Shown here piece by piece: positions 11,863-20,829 of a stretch of DNA of 64,000 bases (position 1 is the stretch's first letter; each line of letters starts with the position of its first letter). The stretch comes from an uncultured Planctomycetota bacterium (GTDB lineage Bacteria > Planctomycetota > Planctomycetia > Isosphaerales > Isosphaeraceae), in contig CAWGMQ010000006.1 of the NCBI GenBank assembly GCA_963823665.1, forward strand, positions 1,312,001 through 1,376,000. The letters run 5' to 3'. Under the pieces are notes generated by a model. The model saw nothing but the letters and a program-made list of their open reading frames with translations. It did not search any database and was not told the origin of the DNA. A program made the position numbers and the translations under genes.

Positions 11863-12113
11863 CCTTGGGGGAGCGATCCCCCAAGGCGACCCGGCGAAAC
11901 CCGTGGCGATCCTCGAAGCGGTCGACGCAATGAGCGTCGAACAAATCGGCCCGATGTCGGCGGAGACAGTTGAAGCGGGGTTGGATCACAAGCGATTCAT
12001 TGAATCACCAGGCGGATGGTCCGTCGGACCAAGCGCTTTTTTTGGTATGATGGCGGTCGCAGTAGTTATCCAACCAGCACCTTCGACGCGTCCCTCTCTC
12101 AGGACCTTCAACG

Positions 12114-13651
12114 ATGCGTCCGATTTTACAAGCGCTTTCGTGCTGTCTTGTCGCTTTCGTGCAGCTCTGGCCGTCGTCAGCATCTGCGACGACGATCGAC
12201 TGGATGACATTCGAGGAGTTGGTGCTTGGGGCGGATTTCGTCGGCATCGTTGAGTGTAATCGAGCGGGCGGTATCGTTGCCGGATACTCGGTGCTCGAGT
12301 CGTGGAAAGGGCCAAGGCCCGGTAGTCACATTACCATTCGCGTCGCGGTGAACTACTGGGAGCCCCAGTTCCCGATCGCCCTCTGCGGCGAGCGATTCTT
12401 TGTTACGGCGTTCAAGCGGGCTCCGTTCCGAGTGACGAGCACAACCTCGGGCGAGCCTGTGCCACTCTGGTGGCGGAATATCCCCGCCGACTATAGCTTG
12501 CCGCTCTTTCAGGGCCGCAAGCGCCTCGCGCCCGGCGAGAAGAACGGCGCCGATTTCCAGAAGATTCGGAACGCGGCCCAGAAGCTGCTGGCCGTCGAAC
12601 CCGCGGAGCAGGACGCGGCCCTGCTGAAGTCGGTCATCGAGAAGGAGCTCAACGCCACGAGATGGGTGCTCGACCCCGACGCGGCGGATGCCAAAAAACT
12701 CCGTTTAAGACTGGCGAAGCTTAACAGCGCGGACGAGTTGGTGAGCGAACTGATTCGAACGATCGACGAGAGACCTCTCTGGGCGCACCGGGCACCCCGT
12801 AACATCCTCAGGAAGGCTGGGGGAAAGGCTGCCCTGGCGTCTCTGGAGAAGCTGCCAGTCGATCGATGCCCTTGGCAAAAATACGAGCTCGACGAGCTCA
12901 TCGCGGAGATCAGGCGGCGTGTGGAAGGGAAGGACGCCAATTCGTCGGTGGCCGTCGACTCCGACACGAAGGAGCAAGCTCCTTTGGCCCAGGAGCTGGC
13001 AGGCCTGAGAAACGCCCTGGCACAAGGAGCAGACGCAAAAGGATTTGGCGAGGCGCTCGCGACCCTCTCTCGATACGATCCCGAACCGGTCGTGAGATAC
13101 CTTGTTGCGTGGATCAATCCCAACCAAGGCTGGCGTGACAAGGACCGGGGTTACGTGCTGGGGTCGTACTTTGGCGTGCGTTGCGGCAAGGATCGGAAAA
13201 CACACTTTGCGGCTCTCACAGAAGCCAAAGACCCGTTCGTCCGAGTCGCGGGTGCAGTCTACCTGTGCTTCGAGGACGCCATTGCTGGGACGGCCGCACT
13301 CAAGCGGATGACCGCAGCCGACGGCGACCCAGGGGTGTGGGCCGCGCTGACGCTGGCCAGGCGCGGTGACAAGGACGCTGTGCCTCGCGCCCTCGAGGTG
13401 TTCCGGAGTCCTGCGCCCGGGCGCAGTCGTCGCAAGCCCCTATGGCGAGAGTCCCACACAGCAACTTGCGGAAGCGGGTGCTCGTTCTGCTCTCGAACTC
13501 AGCTCATGCAAGCGGCGCCCCACGGCCGGAGAAGACTATGGACGCAGCGAATTCCTTCGAGTCTCTCCTGACTTGGTGGAAAACACACGGCGACAAGTTG
13601 GTCCTGGACGACCCATGGCTGCCGATCTTGGAGAAACGAAAGGTCGATTGA
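12114..13651 (+). CDS. hypothetical secreted alpha-helical protein (frameshift ~13420)
   Basis: signal peptide, HEAT-like C-terminal helices, continuation in ORF 13442-13651. Confidence 0.6.
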
Positions 13652-13703
13652 TCGCGCCTTGAAACATGGCGACATATCGACGTCACACCCACATGAGGCC
13701 GCT

Positions 13704-14173
13704 ATGTCCAGTCAAGCCAAACCCACCTCACGTCCCTGGCGAAGATTCGTGCGCTTCAGCGTGCGGGGGATGATAGTTTTGGTGCTGGTGATTGGCGTTT
13801 GGCTTGGTTGGATCGTGCGCAGGCGCGGATTCAGCGCGAGGCGGTGTCGGAGATCACACGACTCGATGGCCGGGTTGCGTATAGCTTCGAATCGGTGGAC
13901 GGGCACTGGGATACATCAGGCAAACCATGGGCTCCTGCTTGGCTTACTGATCGGCTCGGAATCGACTACTTTGGTCACATCACCGACGTGTTGCTCTACG
14001 ACAATCGAACCGGTGTCGCGGTGGCGCAGGTCGAGCATCTCACCCGACTGCAGCGACTGTCGATTGCGGACTCGCGCGACGGCGATGCCGTACTGGCGCA
14101 TCTCCGCGGGCTAACTGGTCTGTGGACGTGGGAGCGACATGGTTGGGACCGTCAATCCCTTCAGGCGAAATAA
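13704..14173 (+). pseudogene. truncated third LRR-protein paralog
   Basis: RPWRRFVRFSVRG-TM, WLTDRLGIDYFG, then only about two LRRs before similarity ends. Confidence 0.7.
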
Positions 14174-14240
14174 AGCGTGTTCTCAAGACAGGCGGCTCTT
14201 GGTACGACAACGGAACTCTCGTATATCAGAAACCGTGACT

Positions 14241-14663
14241 ATGTTTCGTGAACTGTTAGACAACGCGGGACGCCTCGAAGCGGGTCCGTTGCAATCTGCT
14301 GCTCGCCAGCAGTTCCCATCAATCGTCGAGAAAAGCCACCTGGAACGTCGTGTGGTCGGCGACCCCGTCCCACGTGATGGCAGATACGGCATTATTGGAA
14401 TAGCTAGTTATTCACTGCGTGATCTGGGACTTCTTGATGACGTAGACGCAGCCTATGCGCTCTAGAAGGATGCAGCCAAGGTCGCCGTGTTTGATCTCAT
14501 GGAATGCAGTGAAATGAATGACGTGGGGAGATTTTTGCTGAACGCTGTGGATGTAAGGCAGACGCCGGTCGTCGAAATCTGGGACGACGGACAACTCGTT
14601 ACGTTCCAGACCGGATTGCCCATGACGCACAAAGTTTTGCAGAATGCGGGTCTCCTGAAGTAA
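14241..14663 (+). pseudogene. small hypothetical protein with internal in-frame TAG (14463-14465)
   Basis: the frame continues after the TAG with protein-like sequence (VAVFDLMEC...QTPVVEIWDDG) to TAA 14663; lower GC. Confidence 0.45.
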
Positions 14664-14729
14664 TGGACACCATGAGGTTGCTTCGCATTTTGAACGCCGT
14701 GCTCGTGGCGTTCGTGCTGGTCTGAATGA

Positions 14730-15090
14730 GCAAAATCACCTTGACCCCAGCGACCGGCAATCCTTGGCGATCAACAACCCGCCCGTGGAATGGTTTGCCC
14801 GGCGTCAGGCTGAACTCCAGAGGTTTGGAGTCAGGCGATGTGATCTTCCACGTCGGAGCGAAACCAGTGGCCCCGGCGTTCACGGTCCAGCGCCCAAACC
14901 GAGGCTTCTCGTTCACATGAGGAAAGACGAACCGCCCCGTCGCGTCCGTCTTGGTTTCAAAAAAGTCCGCGGAATCGGTCGAGTATCCCACTACAATCCT
15001 GGCACCGGGAACAGGTTTTCCCTGGCTGTCGCGCACCTGTCCGGCGACGCTCACTCCCGGCTTCATCACCAGCACACTCGTCATTGCGCG
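14730..15090 (-). pseudogene. fragment of a carboxypeptidase-regulatory-like (beta-sandwich) repeat protein
   Basis: VAGQVRDSQGKPVPGARI...TDATGRF...GRVVDRQGLPVAGVKV, with no proper start or end. Confidence 0.6.
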
Positions 15091-15217
15091 AGCTGTCCGG
15101 AGGCTGAGCTGACGTCGGAGGCTCGGGACGATCTGGAGCCGCGTCCGCGAACAGTTGATCGTTCTCGATGCCCATCGCTCGTGCCGTGTCGAACACCTGA
15201 GTGGTCGGCTGAATTCA

Positions 15218-15360
15218 GGGATGTCAGACACCCACCTTTTGCGGAGCGTCGGACACGCGCCGTGTGCGCGTTCGAAATGACCAGAGGCCGTGGTTCTGCG
15301 CCGAACGTTCGAGGCGCGAATGAAAGGATGCGGGGGACCGTGACAAAAGGGTGGGTGTCT
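15218..15360. repeat. inverted pair of REP-like AAAAG(G)TGGGTGTCT motifs; the right arm is the target of the ORF-less intron
   Basis: GGGATGTCAGACACCCACCTTTT (15218-15240) vs AAAAGGGTGGGTGTCT|GGCAAACCC (15345-15360|16093-16101). Confidence 0.7.
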
Positions 15361-16092
15361 TTGCGTCAGGAAAGCTCGAGAAAGGAGGAAGTGCCTCGAA
15401 ACACAGAAACCTTTCATCGCGACCCTGCGGGTTAACGAATCCCGCCCGGCAGAGCCTGGCCGGCAGCCGGAAGCAAGTCTTGCGTGGGGAGGGGTGACCC
15501 TCACTGCGAAGCGTAGACAGCGAGTCTCCATGCCATGCTATCGAGCCCCGAAATACTCATCGTGGGAGCCTCCGTTGTAGACACAAGCGGGGGCCGTGTC
15601 GACACGCCGCAATGGCCTGGCGTGTTCGGTCCTGCCGGGGTCCAAGAACATGGCGCAGGGACGCGAGGGTTGCTCGGGAACCTGAGAGCCCCATCCGTCT
15701 CCACTGACATTTCCGGCTCGGGAACCGGAATACCAACTCCCCGGCCCACGACCCCGCGTCGGGTCGCTGGGAGCGAACAAGACGCAAGGGTGGTATCGCC
15801 AAACGAAGGCAACGAAGTGCGGCGAAATGGGCGGACGGGAGTCGGAGTGCTCCGTAGTAGCAGTGAAGCGGGGGAATGGGCCCTCCCAGACCCTGTGGAG
15901 CGAAGGGGGTACCGTGTCGCGGACTGGAAGCCGGAACCACGCCGAGGGCATTGGACCTCAGAGCGCGTCACCGCGAGGCGACCAGATCGTGTGAGGGACA
16001 GCGACGCCGCGACATGACGAGCCGGATGCCTTAATTGGGCACGTCCGGATCAGTGGGAGCCCTGGCGGAGCGATCCGCCAGGGCGACCCGGC
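15361..16092 (+). mobile_element. ORF-less group II intron C (732 nt)
   Basis: TTGCG start after GTGTCT; EBS1 AGACAC 15579-15584; DI-II nearly identical to intron A; short DIV (GTGTCGCGG...CCGCGACAT); DV ~16019-16051; DVI ending GACCCGGC with A at -7 (16086). Confidence 0.88.
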
Positions 16093-16109
16093 GGCAAACC
16101 CATCCGCAG

Positions 16110-16726
16110 CTCTTGATGGCCTGGGGCGTCGAGAACGGGAGCCCATCGAGCGTAAATAAAAGCTTGACCAGCGGAATTGGCGGGGGCTCCGCGGGCGGAT
16201 CGCTCGTTCCATCCGTCGCCTGCCGTCTATGTTTACGCCCAGCCCTGCCATAGGGATCGTGGCTGATCGAGTAGATGACGGGGACAGGAATTGTCGCCAG
16301 ACGGACGAACAACTCCCGAGTCGACGTCACCTCCGAGAACGTCAGAGCCTGACCGCTCCATTCCAAGAGCCCGTGGCGGGTTTGCGCGAATGCCGAGAGC
16401 TTGGCGAGCGAGTTTCGCAGCTCGGAGGCTCGGGCGCGGGCGGCCTGGAGGTAGCGTTCGGAACCGGGATTCGCCCGTCGCGTCGACGTCACCCACTTCG
16501 ACAAGTAGAAACAGACTGCCAACGCCTCTGCGATAAGGCGTACGGCGGTAGATTCTGGAAGTCCGGCGGTTTTCTTGGCGACGCCCCTTAGCTCGGACAC
16601 CAACGCGCGCAGTTCACCTGCCCGGCTCGCGACCTGCCGGTCCGAGTTCGGCGTCAAGACCTTGAGCATGCGACCTCGAAGCGCCAACATCGAGACGAGC
16701 ACATCCCAGTCGAAGCGACGGTTCAT
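16110..16726 (-). pseudogene. hypothetical protein, apparently 3'-truncated at the repeat/intron junction
   Basis: start overlaps the upstream gene stop (ATGA); after PQAIK the frame runs into the repeat and antisense intron sequence. Confidence 0.55.
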
Positions 16727-19323
16727 GTTGACGCTCCTGGGTCGCGCTGATCGGCGCTGTTGACTCTTGCCTCGATCATTCTCGCGGCGTTGCGAGCACG
16801 CCCTTGGGCTAGCAGAATTTCGGCCTCCTCCGCCGTCTGTATCACGGCGTAAGCTTCGCGCGCGAAGGCGCTCGCTTTCACGTCCGGCACCAGGCCGAGC
16901 GCTTCCTCGGCGAGCGCGGCCGCTTCGGCATGAAGTTCGTGGAACGAGAGGATTTCAAGCAAATGAATCACGTCGAACGGATCTCTTGCGGCTTTTAAGC
17001 GGACGATGTCCCGTACCTTATCAATCTCGGCGACAACTGCGGATGACGGGACGTCGCGGAGGCGTTCTCGAATTCTTCCCCGGTCTTTACCGATGTCATC
17101 GTCGTATCGGTCGCGTTGCGTTTTTTGCAGATGGTCCAGAGCTGCCCGGACATACGGCGTGGCAAGCTCGGGATAGGCCGCGACCTGGTCTCCCATGAGA
17201 ACCAGCATGTCCTCCGCGAAATGCCGGTCGGGCAAGCGGCTGTATTCGGGAAGCAACTTGACGGCGATGTATCGCCTGACCTCCGGCCAGTCGCGGAAGG
17301 ACCGCCTCAGCGTGCTCAACAAATCGCGGAGGAAGGCGGTCTCCTTGGGTTGTTGCCGGTAGTATCGCTCGAACTGAATCAGGCATGTCAGCACCTTGTT
17401 GCCGCGTTCATCCCTCTGGAATCTGTAAGAAGCCAAAGCCCGGACAGCGTTCTGGTGGATGATGTAGTAATCATCGGTCAGGTATATGGTGAGCAACTCA
17501 ACGATGTCGTCGGGAATGCTTTCCGGGATGCGCGAGAGCAGTTCGCCGGCTACGCGGATCGCCCTCGACCGAACCAGCCGTGATTCGAAATTGACCAGGT
17601 GCTTGTAAAGTTGCCGAATGACGAGCGGAACCATTTCATAGGTCTCGGCGAAGCTGGTCAACGTCGTGACCATCTGCGCTTTGAGTTCGGCTTCCGCCTC
17701 GTCCTTGCTGCTCAGGCGATCGAGAAGATCCCGGACAGCACCCAGTACCGGTGCCGGGCTCAGCCTGGCCAGTTCGTCTACGATCTCGGTCAGAACGCGC
17801 TTGAGGGCTCCATAGGACGAATCCCGGTTCATTGCTTCCAGAGCGGCCATTGTACCGGCAGCGGGCGGAGGCGCGTTACGAGATTCACGGACCGTCATGG
17901 TCAGCCGGCCCAGGATGCGATCGATCCTAGCCATCCCTTCCCCGGGATAGCACTTGATAAGATCCTTCAGCTTATTGCAAATCTCGAAGCGGTGATCCGG
18001 CGAGATGTCGAGATCGCCGACTGCCAGCAACATCCGGTCGATCGCCAAGGCGGCATGCGTGGCGTAGAGGGATCGATCAAATCCGACGAAAATGCGCCGG
18101 CCTGGCCACCGCTCTCGCTCTTCATCGACACCCAGGAGCGCGAGCCTGGAATACACGTCGAGGACGACAACACGGGCCTCTACCGATGCCCCCGTCAGGA
18201 ATCCCTCAATCCTTGCCTCGATCTCCTGCGGGGAATAAGCGTACAGATGGGCAAGAAGCTGGCACGCGGCGCCATCGGCCGAGCCCCCATCGTAAAAATC
18301 GTCAGGCAATTCGAGCGAGCGCAGAAGTTCCTCTGCCAGCGGCAGGATTTGCTCAACCTCTCCTGTAAGCAGGTCCGTGGCCAGCCTGATGGCGTTGAAT
18401 CTAACCAACTTCTCCTGGCTTCTCAGTCGCGTGACAAGAGCCGCCCTTACCGCGCCGGCGTCGATCTTGAAGAGTCTGCCGAGCAGTTCGATCGTGCCGG
18501 GATAACGCGGACGCTCGTGCAGGCCGCCGATCATCGTATGGAAGCTTCCATATCCGGCGAGGGCGATGATCGAGGGCAGCGCGGAAAGCGTTGAAGTGAC
18601 TTCCTGGCCGTAGCCGATTGCGTCGGACAGCAGACCGCACGCCGTGTCGATCCCGCCCTCGACAGCTTTCAGCGCCGCCGTCATCAACTCGCTCGACACC
18701 CGTCCCCGGTGTCGGCATATCATGCGGGCGGCTTCGATGCATGAGCCGACGTAGGGACCGGCGAAGGCGTCCGCCACGACCCGGAGCGCGGCATCTGAGA
18801 AGAAGTCCGATGCCAGGTCCGCCGCCTGGACGAGCAGACCCTTGGAACGCTCGCCCTCCTGCTCAGTCCCAAAAAGGTCCAGGATGAAGCGGTTGACGGA
18901 CTCCTCGCTGGGCTGGCCGGTCTTCAATGCAATCGCTGCCGCCTCGTATTCCTGGGCCTTCAGCTCCCTTCGGCGGCCCTCGGCGGCCGCCTCCTCTTGA
19001 TCCCGCCGGTCCTTCTCGGCGAGCACTTCCCGTCCATAGTTGTCGGGCGAGATTTCGTCGTGATGCGGACAACCAATGCAGTTGCGGAGGATAAAGCTAC
19101 TCGCCTCCCAGCTCAGATGCGCCGATTCACTGAGCGTAACTCCATGCGGACAGATGACTTGAAGGTGCCCGATCGGGAGCCCGATGGCTGGGCCGAGCAA
19201 ACCCTGGGACGTCATTTCGACGCCGATGTGCCTGCACCAACGCTTTACTCGTGGCAGAAGCCGTTGATTGGCCTGCCCGATCTCGACACTCTCCGAGAAC
19301 ATCCGGTCATTATGCTCGACCAT
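16723..19323 (-). CDS. large hypothetical protein: N-terminal Cys/His cluster, coiled coil, HEAT/ARM-like solenoid
   Basis: long ORF (~866 aa from ATG 19323); WCRH..CPHG..CIGCPHH; VRSRAIRVAGELL-type helical repeats. Confidence 0.75.
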   Translation of the reverse strand: MVEHNDRMFSESVEIGQANQRLLPRVKRWCRHIGVEMTSQGLLGPAIGLPIGHLQVICPHGVTLSESAHLSWEASSFILRNCIGCPHHDEISPDNYGREVLAEKDRRDQEEAAAEGRRRELKAQEYEAAAIALKTGQPSEESVNRFILDLFGTEQEGERSKGLLVQAADLASDFFSDAALRVVADAFAGPYVGSCIEAARMICRHRGRVSSELMTAALKAVEGGIDTACGLLSDAIGYGQEVTSTLSALPSIIALAGYGSFHTMIGGLHERPRYPGTIELLGRLFKIDAGAVRAALVTRLRSQEKLVRFNAIRLATDLLTGEVEQILPLAEELLRSLELPDDFYDGGSADGAACQLLAHLYAYSPQEIEARIEGFLTGASVEARVVVLDVYSRLALLGVDEERERWPGRRIFVGFDRSLYATHAALAIDRMLLAVGDLDISPDHRFEICNKLKDLIKCYPGEGMARIDRILGRLTMTVRESRNAPPPAAGTMAALEAMNRDSSYGALKRVLTEIVDELARLSPAPVLGAVRDLLDRLSSKDEAEAELKAQMVTTLTSFAETYEMVPLVIRQLYKHLVNFESRLVRSRAIRVAGELLSRIPESIPDDIVELLTIYLTDDYYIIHQNAVRALASYRFQRDERGNKVLTCLIQFERYYRQQPKETAFLRDLLSTLRRSFRDWPEVRRYIAVKLLPEYSRLPDRHFAEDMLVLMGDQVAAYPELATPYVRAALDHLQKTQRDRYDDDIGKDRGRIRERLRDVPSSAVVAEIDKVRDIVRLKAARDPFDVIHLLEILSFHELHAEAAALAEEALGLVPDVKASAFAREAYAVIQTAEEAEILLAQGRARNAARMIEARVNSADQRDPGAST

Positions 19324-19429
19324 GATTTTCGGGCGCTCAACGAAAATGGTTGCCAAGAACCTTAGTGAACTATTTTCCACTTGATCTTTCTGACCTGCAA
19401 GCCATCTCTTCTGCCTCGTCCAGCGCCCG

Positions 19430-19600
19430 GAGGTGCTGGTGATGCTACGCTCCGAGGAATACGCGGCCATCAAGATGGATTATGATCGGATCAGCACCGC
19501 GCATTTCGCCAGGAGCTACGTGCCACCGCCCGAGATGAGCTTTGCCAAGAGCGATGCCCTGTTCCCGCCTGCGGAACTCCGCGCCGCGATCGCCGAGTTG
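19430..19600 (+). pseudogene. possible C-terminal fragment of an AbiEii-type nucleotidyltransferase
   Basis: PEVLVMLRSEEYAAIKMDYDRISTAHF...SDALFPP resembles AbiEii-family C-termini (recalled, not searched). Confidence 0.4.
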
Positions 19601-19725
19601 TCAGGAAGTGGCAGGCGCTGTCTCGGTCAATTCGATCGAGGAAACCGAAACTGAATCGGCGATCCGGCTGCGGAGCCTTGGGATGTTCTTTTTACGTTCG
19701 TGGTGCCGGGTCGTCTTGTGCAGGA

Positions 19726-20301
19726 TCACAGGCGGTGCGCGAAAGCTCGCAAGCGAGCAACCGTCTTAGCAAGCCCAACCGCTTCCAAGGTCGCAAGGAA
19801 TTCCTCGACAGTCCTCGGCGGGTTTTTCAGGCCCTGTCTTTGCAGCCGGGCAGCCTCACCGAACTCGTCCACGGCCGCGTCAAGTAGTTCGGAGAATATT
19901 TCGTCGGGATGCCGGACATCCACGCCGTACCGTCCAAGTGCTTCAGGCGGGAAGTCCGAGATGTTGAAGGTAATGATCAACTCAGCCTCCCCGTGGATCG
20001 CGGCGGCCAATACGTGGCGATCATCCGGATCGGGCAGAGTCAACGACGGAACCAACGCCGCGTAGCCCGTCACGAGGCAGTCTCGAACGGCACCGTCCAT
20101 GAGGGATCGGGTCCGCTCCAGGCGCTCTCGACTGAGTTTCGGGTTGTTTTTCAGGACGTTCCGCATCCACTCATCATGAATCTCGTCTGTCCACCGTGCC
20201 TGGATCAAGCTGGCCTGAGCCAGACGAACAATGAGGTCGCGTAGCGGGGCGGAGTAGAGGACGCAGGCGTCGATGATCGCCGTCGAAGGCGTGTCCATCA
20301 A
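19726..20301 (-). CDS. PIN domain protein (VapC-like toxin)
   Basis: AIIDACVLY...DEW...PDPDDRHVLAAAI...IITFNISDFP. Confidence 0.92.
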   Translation of the reverse strand: MMDTPSTAIIDACVLYSAPLRDLIVRLAQASLIQARWTDEIHDEWMRNVLKNNPKLSRERLERTRSLMDGAVRDCLVTGYAALVPSLTLPDPDDRHVLAAAIHGEAELIITFNISDFPPEALGRYGVDVRHPDEIFSELLDAAVDEFGEAARLQRQGLKNPPRTVEEFLATLEAVGLAKTVARLRAFAHRL

Positions 20302-20759
20302 TAACCCATGCCCAGTTCCTGGGCTTCCGCCGTCAATTCGTCGGCGATCCGGCGGCGGGCGTCGTCATCCTTGCGTTTGTAAGCCATGAGATCGTCCAGC
20401 CGCACGCGACGGTGCTGGCCGACGAGGCGGAATGGGATCTTCCCGTCCTCCAGCAGACCGATCAGGAACGGCCGTGAGACGTTAAGCAAGTCTGCGGCCT
20501 GCTGGGTCGTCAACTCGGCCCGGACGGGGAGAAGAGTCACGCCGTGGCCCTTGGCCATCTCCGCCAGGATGTCCTTCAGAAGGCGAAAGGCAGGCATGGG
20601 CAAGGTGATATCCTCGCCCGGCTGCTCGTCACCCTGGATGTGGATTCTCAGGTCGGATTTATCCGCGCCGAGAATATGGGATAACCGTTGCAGGGATTCC
20701 CTGGCTAGCACGGTATCGGCTTCGCTCGGCGTAGTGGTTTCATGGGTCTGGGAAGTCAT
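20298..20759 (-). CDS. excisionase-like HTH_17 DNA-binding protein (putative antitoxin)
   Basis: ELTTQQAADLLNVSRPFLIGLLEDGKIPF..VGQHRRV; overlaps the PIN start. Confidence 0.92.
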   Translation of the reverse strand: MTSQTHETTTPSEADTVLARESLQRLSHILGADKSDLRIHIQGDEQPGEDITLPMPAFRLLKDILAEMAKGHGVTLLPVRAELTTQQAADLLNVSRPFLIGLLEDGKIPFRLVGQHRRVRLDDLMAYKRKDDDARRRIADELTAEAQELGMGY

Positions 20760-20783
20760 GGCATCTCCTTTCGGCTCTGAAAG

Positions 20784-20829
20784 ATGTTACCATGAAACCG
20801 AAGCAAACGCAATAAGCGAAATAAGCGAA
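20784..20829 (-). promoter_or_regulatory. putative promoter of the HTH-PIN operon with four 9-bp direct repeats
   Basis: extended -10 TGGTAACAT on the minus strand (20784-20792); + strand GAAACCGAA GCAAACGCA ATAAGCGAA ATAAGCGAA (20794-20829). Confidence 0.55.

Larger units (their letters stand above)
7464..11895 (+). mobile_element. group II intron A (outer; RT without En domain), interrupted in domain VI by intron B
   Basis: 5' end TTGCG after IBS1 GTGTCT (7458-7463); EBS1 AGACAC in a hairpin loop (7683-7688); DV GAGCCGGGTGCC...CCCGGATC 9402-9434; DVI completed at 11863-11895 with bulged A at -7 (11889). Confidence 0.9.

Noticed and set aside
7250..12000. a protein-coding host gene restored by splicing of intron A
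   Set aside because: Joining 7463 to 11896 gives no convincing ORF, so the target appears non-coding.
7455..15847. RT genes plus a near-identical ~490-bp repeat pair read as a diversity-generating retroelement (TR/VR) or retron
   Set aside because: Both RTs lie inside DV/DVI-bearing group II introns, the repeat is intron DI-DII, and the differences are not adenine-specific.
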